Source of the DNA: Octopus vulgaris
Lineage: Eukaryota
NCBI GenBank assembly: GCA_951406725.2
Contig: OX597824.1
Coordinates: 46,810,001-46,874,000 of the forward strand
DNA length: 64,000 bases
Direction of reading: 5' to 3'
A program made the position numbers and the translations under genes. Under the pieces are notes generated by a model, which made no database searches, was not told the origin of the DNA, and saw only the letters and a list, made by a program, of their open reading frames with translations. Positions 54,666 through 64,000 of the stretch are shown here, in pieces (positions within the stretch are counted from its first letter, which is position 1; each line of letters begins with the position of its first letter).

Positions 54666-55641
54666 GTAAGTTATATCTTTCGGAGATTGGGAAAATAAAA
54701 GGTTCAAGTTTTCCTGTGGGGTCGGCTTGGCTATTTTTTCTCTGCTTTATTGTTATTGCTAAATTTCTACCAATATCACAAACCAATATGAAATATTGAG
54801 CTTGACAGCTACGAAGATGTACAGTAACTTAGGTATCTCTAACAGCACCATCATATATGAAAATTATTTTAAACTGAATGTTTCTTACTTTGATATTCTT
54901 ATGTTGGCATATTTGATTGTTCCTATAGTAGAAGATGACTCCTTGCAATATGTTGCCATCCTCCTCATCATCATCATCATCCTTATCCTCATCCTCATCA
55001 TCATCCTCATCCTCATCCTCATCATCATCATCATCATCATCATCCTCTTCTTTTTCTCCTTCCTTCCTTCCTTCCTTTCTGCTACTCTTTCTACTCCTCC
55101 AACTTCTTATACTTCTCATCTTCGTCCTCCTTATTCTTTCTCTTCTCTTCTGTCTTCTCTTTTTCCTTCTCTTTTTCTTCCTCTCTTTCTTCATCATCAT
55201 TGTTACCGTTGGCGTACTGTTTCTCTCATGAATATTTTACGATTAGTCCCAGAACAGTGATTTCAAATATCTAGTTTCAATTTCTGGTTGACCAATTTTA
55301 CTTGCCTTACATCTCAAATCTAGAAAGGAATAGTAGTAGTCTTACCTACCAGGATAATTAACTCTTCCCTGTTGGGAAAGATTCGTTGCATTAAATAATG
55401 GAGACAGAAATATCAAGACAACTGGCTATTGTTCCATGATAGTTACTCAGAGCTCACTGCGTTGAAATCCTGTCAAAATGTTTTTAATGCGTCTGGAGTT
55501 TGGTAAAAAGAAATGTACCAGTAATATTCACTTTCTGGTATAAAAAGTGATCTCATATATTTTCAAAACAAACTGATGCGTTGCTTCCTTCTATATTTTA
55601 CTTCATTTATAAAAACAATGTTGCATGCTTCTGTGTTCCAG

Positions 55642-55773
55642 TATTTTGTTTCTTTGGTAAAAACATCTACGCTACTGGAGACAGCTTTGTACATCCTGAT
55701 GGCCAGCGGAATTGTGTTTGCCGAATTGATGGAACTGCATACTGTAAATTTCGTAATATCAAGCCAGTATCCA
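55642..55773 (+). CDS. Coding exon D: module 3 (four-Cys variant)
   Basis: TTCCAG acceptor, 132 nt, phase 1-1, GTAAGC donor. Reads (V)FCFFGKNIYATGDSFVHPDGQRNCVCRIDGTAYCKFRNIKPVS. Confidence 0.85.
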
Positions 55774-57093
55774 GTAAGCCTAAATCGTTGTTTTCTCTTA
55801 AATTCAAATTGTGTTACATCTATGAATGTATCTTTTTTTTTCTTTCCATTAAAAAATCAGGCTTTGTCTCCTTTTAAATATTTCTTATCAATTGTTCTCA
55901 AAGAATAGAGCACATAATTTCCGAGTGGATGGGGTGGCATATTATCGATGGGAGAAATTAATGGTTTGGAGCGCACGCACACACGTGTTTGATAGGATTT
56001 CAGATTCCATCAACCAAATTCTTTCACTGGGCGTGCCCAAGGTGCTACACTGTGTGACTGAACCTGAAACTACGTGGCTGTGAAATGCTAACTTTTTAAA
56101 CCACACAATCATGTCTACGCTTATGTAAATGCATTATGTAAATGCATTTATTTCTATTATATATCGCAATAGCTCTATTGATCACAGGTCTCCAACTAGC
56201 CAATCACTGCTGCATTACATTTCAAATGGTAATAGTGCCAACGAAATTTTTGTAACATGTTGTACTCCGTTCGAAGTGAACCAAATTTTGACTAGCCTAC
56301 ACATCTCTCACCAGCATATAACGAAAATACAAACATAACCATCAACTAGTCATAATGGCTGCTTGGATCACATGGGACAAAAAGTGTATCAAATTTTGGT
56401 TCAGGGGACAGCGTTGGGCTGAAGAGAAGTGAGAAACTTTGTTGGATAGTCGACAGTATCGCTAAGGTCAAGTATACCATCAACTGACTTATACCCTCTA
56501 ATGCATGTTAGTGACATTTATATTTTATGCTGTAACCTATTATTTTCACCTTCTTGGTATTTGAAATCGCGCACTAACTTCGAAAAGTTGGTACACGGGT
56601 TCAATTACCATGAAAGTTCAAACAATATGTTTTTTATCAATTTAATGCAGTAAGCATTTTGATTTTTAATCTTCTCTATCGCAGAGCCTTTCCAACTGAA
56701 TTTTGCTATAATCTGACAGGGAAGCTTCTTACAATTTTAAAATTAGATTTATGATATGAATATATTTAACAGTTCCGCCATGCCAGGTTTAATGGCCGCA
56801 AAGGAAACGATTATGAAGGAACTATTTAAACAGTCTTTTATTTCTTGGGAGAAGTCACATCTCTAGCTCTTTTTTATAAATTATTTTAAGCCCAATCTTA
56901 AGATTGACACGAATAGAGAAACATAGTCTGAGAAATAATTATTTTTTGTTACTTTATCTGATTTAATTGATTTCATCGTCTTTCGGGTTCGATAGATAAG
57001 TTCCATTAACAATCTACTGTCAGAGGATAAACTTTAACTTTTCTTTATTCGACAAAAAAGCCTAAATTCCCTTTTTTTTCTCGCTTTTTATAG

Positions 57094-57246
57094 GTGATCC
57101 TAATAAGTGTCTTTACATGGGAAAAGAGTATGATATTGGAGATATATTTCCATTTAACGACGTATGTAACATGTGTGAGTGCTTAGCAAAGGGAAGATAC
57201 GCTTGTTCAAAATGGAACTGCCTTGAGAACCAAGACTTTGGAGGAG
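57094..57246 (+). CDS. Coding exon E: VWC/pacifastin-like module 4
   Basis: Long pyrimidine tract plus TATAG, 153 nt, phase 1-1, AG|GTGAGT donor. Reads (S)DPNKCLYMGKEYDIGDIFPFNDVCNMCECLAKGRYACSKWNCLENQDFGG. Confidence 0.92.
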
Positions 57247-59051
57247 GTGAGTAACTGTTGCATAATGACTATTTTGTCTGGCCCCAACAATTAAAGTGAG
57301 TGAAAAATGAGACGTTCATATTTTTTCCAAGTACACTAGCATCATAATGAGAGAGAGGGGCTAAGTTAAGAGACTAAAGTTATGAGTAGTAGTTAAAACT
57401 CCTCAGTAGGAGGGATTCCCACAGTGCCGTGACAATATCGCTATCGGGTCCAGCAGAGCTTCCAGCAAGTTGTGAAGTCTGAGAAAGATACATTTGCAGA
57501 CATAGTTACACCCAAGTTACAAAACTGGTAGAGATTTTTATTGTTTTTCAGTTTAGAGGAAGATAGCATTTTTCGTTGGGGATCATCTGTCCGTCGCAAG
57601 AGATAGGAAGTCCGTCGCAAGGGATTGGAATTTAGCGGTGTCGAACGATGGAGTCCTTCTACTTGAATACGGCAACTACACATTACTGGAATCTATAGAT
57701 GTATTCGTTTGTCTTACTATATCACTACACTTAAATGTCGTATGTACGTATTAGGGTCTTAGCGTCGTGGTGTGATGTGCTGAGTGTGGTAGAAACTGTA
57801 TTTTCGTTTGTCTTACAACATTATAAGGACCAAAAGGGGATCAAGAATAACATTTTTTGATATACACATATTGCTATTGACTTTTCAGAGCGGCTCTGTT
57901 GCTGCCGACTCAAAAAAGTTGAGACATTTTCCTCTGAAATGGAAACCGTGATAGATGTGCTGAAAACATTTCATTTGTTTTAATATTATTTATCATTCTG
58001 CTGCATATAATTATCTTCAGGGCTTTTGAAAAATGGAATGTAACAAAGAACACTCTAGAATTTTTATGTGTTCCACATGAACCAGTGTTGCTATTGGTTA
58101 TTTCAACATTTTGATAATCATTCAACGTTTAATAGTTCTTATAAAGTACAACTTTAAGACTGAAGCTAGAAGGCCTTCAGATCCTGGAGCCTATTGGTGT
58201 GGCTATGTCTTATTCTATTAAAATTAGGTGTGTTAGATTGCTGTAATGAAGTGTTCGATGGAATATGATCTGGATGTTTGATCTGTCGTGCTTTCATTGG
58301 CTCGGAGAAGATGCTTTTATATTGCTCTTTGTATAAATAACTTAACTACGATGGGCCATTTCTATATGAGCCTCAAGCAGATTGTCCTTTTTGTTTTGTT
58401 TTCCTTTTGTTTTTTCAAGGCAAAAGACTTATGTACATGGTGGATTTGAGAATTAAATTTCATCTGTTTACCTGCCGAGCGTTCTTTCCCAGAATTTTAT
58501 TTCTATGCTTTTCTAGTTCCAACTGTAACAAGCTGGCTTGATCATTTATTATGTATTATTCTAAATTTGTCTCACGAAGATTTGCCTATTCCCAGCAATA
58601 TTGTGTTTTGTATTAGTTCAATGTTTGTGAGATATATCACACTTTACAGTTTTCGCTGCCTTTCCTTGTAAAGAAATTTTTATTTCTTTTCGTAGCTGAG
58701 ATGTTTGAAATTGTTATATGAAATCTGCTTCGCGCAGGTAACTCAATTTCTTCTCAATAAGCTTCGAAGAAACTTATTTTCGAAAGTGAAAATATATTTG
58801 AGAAAGAAGGGCCCATTGCGGGGTTATATGTCAGGTCTGTATTATTGGTGAATATAGACTGCAGTTGTGTTTACCTGTGCAATACGTTATTAGTTGGTGA
58901 TCGAAAATGTCTTAAGTGACATTAATTAGCACCAAGCCCATTCGAATTAGAATTCAGTCCTCTACTTGCAAGTTATTTTATTTTTGTTAGGTTTTGCTAG
59001 CCTTAGACTCTTCACAGACTAGGACCAACAGCAGCAGCAGCTGTAGCAGTT

Positions 59052-59120
<69 letters not shown>

Positions 59121-59173
59121 ATTTGAGGTATTACTGCACATTTTTAACAAAGAAATATTCTTTACAATCAAAG

Positions 59174-59338
59174 CATCTCTAAAACAGACGAAGAAAAACT
59201 GCACATACAAGGGAAAAATATACAGAATTACTGAGATTTTCAAAGATAGCGGTAGCTGCTCGGTATGTTCCTGCTTGATTTCTACAGAAGTCAGATGTGT
59301 GAAGAAAAATTGCACCAAGTTAATTAGCATTGGTAAGG
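59174..59338 (+). CDS. Coding exon F: VWC/pacifastin-like module 5
   Basis: AAG acceptor (less certain), 165 nt, phase 1-1, donors at 59333 and 59339. Reads (A)SLKQTKKNCTYKGKIYRITEIFKDSGSCSVCSCLISTEVRCVKKNCTKLISIGK. Confidence 0.82.
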
Positions 59339-59675
59339 GTAAGTATCGCAAATAACACATTATGTAGTTAAGAAGTTCGTTTCACAACCACTTGCTTTCG
59401 GGTTCAAGTCCACTGTGTGGGATTTGGGCAATTATCTTCTATTATTGCCCCGGTAATGCATGCTTCTATTCAGAAACTGGGATGCGTCCTGATACTTGTC
59501 TGATTCAGGAGCGCCTGTTCAAACTGTTTACTCGGTTCTCTGTGCACTAACGATCTGGCTGGGTTGATGGCTCGCGTTGGTCCACCACATGATTAAGATA
59601 GATGAGAAGGTATTTCGCATTAAGTTAACATTTTTAATGTCCTAAAGTTGATGAACCAACTATTGTTCTTATTTT

Positions 59676-59730
<55 letters not shown>

Positions 59731-60304
59731 TATATAACTTTTCGTGTGTGTGTTTGTGTCTCCTTGTCATGATAGTTGTAAGCGAGCGCTATCATCATAC
59801 AAGCGTTGTCGTTCATTTCCAGTCTTCCGTGAAAACATATCCGGTCAATGAGAAATATTACCTTGCTGAAAAAAGTGACGATTGGTGATAGGAAGGGTAT
59901 TCAACCGTATAAAACCCTCCTCAACGAATTCCGTCTGACCCATGCAAGCATGAAAAAGTCGATTTCAAAATGATGACGACTGACACTAAATTTGCGGTTC
60001 TTTTTTGAAATGCGATGAACATTTTGTATTTCTTTATCTGACTAAGTCCTGTTCGAGAGACTTTGATTATTTACACAAAAATAATTACAGGTTGAAGAGA
60101 AGATGGAAAACAGAAAAATATTAATGATGGAACCAATTCTCTAGTATCGTATAATAGATATTGTCACCTTGTTTTATCATTGTCTAATCTCTCTACCGGT
60201 CATTTGGGAGTCATGTTGGTCTCTATTTCGAGATCGACTTCACCATTCATTCTTTCGGGGTCGATAAAATAAGTACCAGTTGATCACAGGGGTTGACGTA
60301 ATCC

Positions 60305-62350
60305 GTTGCTCCCGGTTAGAATGTCCTCCGGAACAGACCAGCCAGTTGATTTTCGTGGACGTCCTGAGTTTCCCCAGCAGCGTCATTGCAATTGCCCGCC
60401 ACTAACCCTCCATAGAACGCCAAAGTGGAACTTCAACGACCGTACTGCCCGACTGACAGAGGAGAGTGAGCACCTGACGATACTTTAGGTAGGTGACAGG
60501 CGCCCTGCCTCGGTGTACGTTTGATCCAGGACTGCAGCTCAGTCAGAGAGACAAGCTGTGGAAGAGCGAATCTGAAAAACTGCGTCAACACCTGCTCACC
60601 GTCAAAGAAGCGCTGCAAATGGCGTAACTTCAGAGCATGTGTGCGCGTCAGTAGCCATAGCATACCCAGTCCTTTGTTCAGCGAATATTGACTGCAAATG
60701 GAGCCCCTGATCAGTGATACGCGTCCTTTCCACAGAAAGTGGAAGAGTATGTGCACCCGTTTTGTTAGACGTAAACCTGGCCAGGGAACAACGGTCAGAC
60801 GGTAATATATAACGGAGACGATGTAAGCATTCGTCCCTTCTTCCTAAATTTTCAGAGATAGCTTTCTCTCAGCCCATTTCTGGTTGAGTGTGGTCAATCT
60901 GCTCGTTACCAAGTCCTAGTTCTCCACCAAGATATCGGGACCAAACCAGACCCCGATCAATTTAACCGGCTCCTCCGTCCAGCGTTCCACAACGTTATTG
61001 GATGTTATGGACCTGCCCCGCCAGGTACCGAGCTGCAGGCCCATTGACTTTTCTTGATTAATTTTGCTCTTGTTATCGCCTCGTATTCTTTTAGAGCAGT
61101 GTCGATCAGGTCTGTGTGCCTGGTGCTCGACACTATGACGGTGACGTCATCCACATATGCCGACACGATTCCCCCATGTCCCAGCTCACGCGGTATGCTC
61201 TCGACGGCTTCAGTTTCCGCAGTAGTGGCTCTAGAGCCAGTGCATACAGAAAAGATGAGAGCAGGTACCCTTGACGGACCGAACACATGATACTGAATGT
61301 TTCTGATTAGTAGCCATTTACTCGAACTGCCGTGCAAATGTTGCTGTACGTTGCGGCGATCCAGTCACGGAAAACAGGACCGAACCCGGCCACCGTGAGA
61401 ACGGCCGCTAAGTACTGATGGTCGACCATATCGAAGGTTTTAGTTTGATCCAAACTGATCAGGTCCCCACCTATGCCAGCTTCTTTATTCACCATGTCTG
61501 ACGTTTTGAATGAGGTGGAAGTTGACGTGGATAGAACTGCTTGGGTTGGCACATGTTTGTGCATCACCAATCAGTTTCTCGACAACAAGCGTCAACCTCT
61601 TTGCTAACACCTAGACCAAAATTTTGAAATCTGCCTCCAGCAGCGTTATGGGCCTAACATTTTCTATTTGATTCACCTTGTTTGGGTTCTTTTTCAGTAG
61701 TGTCACTGATCCTCGATTTACAGAGCAAGGAATTTTCCTGTTCTACTACCACTTGTGGTAGATATCTGCTAAGAGGCCGCTAAACAGGTCTGGCATATAA
61801 AATAAAGCTCATAGGGCTGACCATCCAAACCAGGTGATTTCTTGCCATGCAGCCCATCATCGCACCCCGTATTTCCGCGGCTGTTATCAGCATTTCGCAA
61901 CGCTCCACTCCACCCTTGCCGAGAGTCGTGGCAAGCTTTCGAGGTAGGCACCGAAGTCCATTCTTCGTTCCGGACAGCCATTCGTGTGCTACAGAAATAC
62001 CGCACAAGTATGCTCGGGCTCGAGTACCGTGCACCCATTTTGATCCACCAAGGACCGAACTGTGGTTTCGTTGTCACGTTGCGCCTCTGTGGCTTTCGTT
62101 CCCTCGTTTCTTAGAGCACGCACCTCAATTCTGACAATGCATCCTTCGTGATTAGCGTTTAAGATTTGGTCCAGGACCAATCTCGCCACCAGCACATCGG
62201 TTGCAATCCCTTTTTTGCGCACTTCTTCTAAGTTTCCAGCCAAGTTTCGCCTCTATTCTATTTCTTCATATCGCTAATGTCTTGCTAAACTTATTTCTAC
62301 TCTAATTGCCTTTTTCAGGGCAAACCATTATTTGTTGTTGACAATTGACC
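60305..62350 (-). mobile_element. Tx1/L1-like LINE ORF2 (RT region), decayed
   Basis: KSPGLDGQPYELY, LISLDQTKTFDMVDHQYL..GFGPVFRDWI, VSAYVDDVTV, KGLGMLWL. Confidence 0.85.
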
Positions 62351-62530
62351 CCGTTAACACCCGCTTAGCTAATTCGCTAATCCAGTTTCTGTAATCGTAT
62401 TTAGTAAAGAAACCCAAATTTACCCCGTAAGGGATACACGTGGAGAAAAATAACCAGCGCCGAAGGTACGGTTTTATTTTATCGCTATAACGATAATAAA
62501 AGCTCAATATAAAACTTTGTGTAACAAAAT

Positions 62531-62908
62531 AAAGAAGAGCACTCAGAGAGCGCAAACCTCCGCCAATGCAACACCTACGTCCTCTCAACGATTAGACAGA
62601 GATGATTTTTAAAATGAGAATATCTGAAATAAACTCGACTGCTCTCACAAATGAGAATACTAAAAATGAACCCGACCGCTCTCAAAAATTAAGTGAAAAA
62701 AAAAAACAGGAAAAATAATCTAGAATCTCTGCCCGGTACCGGATCAATCCCCAAATCTAATTAGTTTGTGCCAGTCACGAAGCCAAACATCCCTGAAAGT
62801 TTCATCCGAATCCATCCAGCGATTCTTGAGATATCTTGTCCACGGACAAATAAACAAACAGACACGACTGAAAAAAATACCTCCACTTTAGTTAAGGCGG
62901 AGGTAATA
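62531..62908 (-). mobile_element. Helentron-associated interspersed element (HINE/DINE-1-like)
   Basis: Minus strand: 5' palindromic subTIR TACCTCCGCC..GTGGAGGTA, short GTCT/GTTT microsatellite, 3' subTIR GGCGGAGGT, terminal hairpin GCGCTC-tct-GAGTGC, T-rich flanks. Confidence 0.7.
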
Positions 62909-62979
62909 ACAACAAACTCACTGGAGCTATGTGCAATACGTGTCGACAGACGAACGGCAACAACAAGAACAATAATAAT

Positions 62980-63194
62980 AATCCTTTCTACTAAAGACAC
63001 AAGGCCTGAAATTTTGGGGGTGGGGACTAGTCGATTACATCGACTCCAGTGTTTCAGTGGTACTTAATTTATCGACCCCGAAAGGATGAAGGGCTAAGTC
63101 GACCTCGGCGGAATTTGAACTCAGAACAGAAGGACGGACGAAATACAGCTAAGCATTTTGCCCGGCGTGCTAACGATTCTGCTAACTCGCCGCC

Positions 63195-63197
<3 letters not shown>
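62980..63197 (-). mobile_element. SINE family B copy, near full length, within a (TAA)n tract
   Basis: Reverse complement of family B, with (AAT)n on both sides. Confidence 0.85.
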
Positions 63198-63270
<73 letters not shown>

Positions 63271-63574
63271 CGATGAGGACAGTCAGCCAAGGACAATCAA
63301 TTTATGTGCGGGTTTACATAAAAGATGAGAATGAAATGGAAAAGACGTAAAATTATACATAGTGTACTAAGTATGTTGTAATATGAATGATGAAATCCTC
63401 CTGTTACAGGTAAAACTCTGTCTAAAGCAATTCAAGGAACCCTACATTTCCAGGATTACCCTGATCACTAAAGCCACTATTTCTCGCCCAACTTTTGTTG
63501 TCCAATCTACAAGCTATTCACTCTAACTATTTTTATCACAGTCATCCATCCTTTCACAAATTCACTGGGAGGTA

Positions 63575-63950
63575 GCATTTACCTTTCTACCCAAACTCTT
63601 CTTTCCAAGTCGATGAAGGTTTGGCGAAGAGGAAAGTGCCTTTCCTCAATCGTTTCAACCCCTTCACACAAACAAACCTCTTTCGTCAGATAGACGAACA
63701 ACTGGGTGGTGGGATGATCTTGACGATGGATTCGGGCGACTGTTGGATTCACGCCATTCGCAATAACGGCTGTTCGATGTAACTTCACGAGTAAGCAATA
63801 CTCGGACACTGGACAAGTGCATGCAGAACGACGAAAGGGTTCTGCACACATCTCGGACAGTCCCGCCAGGCGGCGCTTCCGTATTTGTACAGTTTATCTT
63901 GGGCCGGCATACTTCTCGGTGTCACTAAAGGTCCTCGGCACAAGATCAGC
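63575..63950 (-). mobile_element. Tx1/L1-like ORF2 3' fragment
   Basis: Zinc-finger tail related to 33362-33647 (ALAGLSEMCAE...LHALVQCP). Confidence 0.55.
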
Positions 63951-64000
63951 AATTTTCAAAGGAAGCTTACCGATTACATCGAACACTGTACTTTGCTGTT

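Noticed and set aside
57889-57983. TTTTCAG acceptor giving ERLCCCRLKK...HLF* as a terminal exon
   Set aside because: A clear module exon lies further downstream (59174), and this peptide has no module pattern. At most an unproven alternative end.
58696-58737. 42-nt segment with good splice signals
   Set aside because: It contains a stop in the required phase-1 frame.
60091-63471. Candidate last exons at 60091 (G-stop) and 63410-63471 (GKTLSKAIQGTLHFQDYPDH*)
   Set aside because: Both fit phase 1 but nothing distinguishes them, and the gene may continue beyond the window.

Overview
AT-rich, microsatellite-dense eukaryotic DNA that is mostly transposable elements. The SINE/LINE repertoire suggests a cephalopod (octopus-type) genome, which is inference and not a database result. 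Most ORF-track entries are microsatellite artefacts. One real host gene can be assembled by hand on the + strand from six coding exons joined by phase-1 GT-AG introns (33861-34110, 50677-50805, 54534-54665, 55642-55773, 57094-57246, 59174-59338; about 320 aa, 3' end not identified). It encodes a signal peptide, a peritrophin-A/CBM14 chitin-binding domain and five short VWC/pacifastin-like Cys modules. The window also holds five distinct hammerhead-ribozyme-like motifs. One lies in a 557-bp partial tandem (retrozyme/Penelope pLTR-like), one has a very long stem II, and a U3-A8 variant sits just downstream of a Penelope RT/GIY-YIG element. Other elements are a ~10-kb same-strand array of R4/Dong-like retrotransposon fragments separated by (TAA)n-type tracts, Tx1/L1-, HERO-, RTE- and CR1-like fragments, a full-length decayed mariner, two copies of an LTR-like repeat, Helitron/HINE termini, several MITEs and hairpins, many SINEs, and a 100-N assembly gap.
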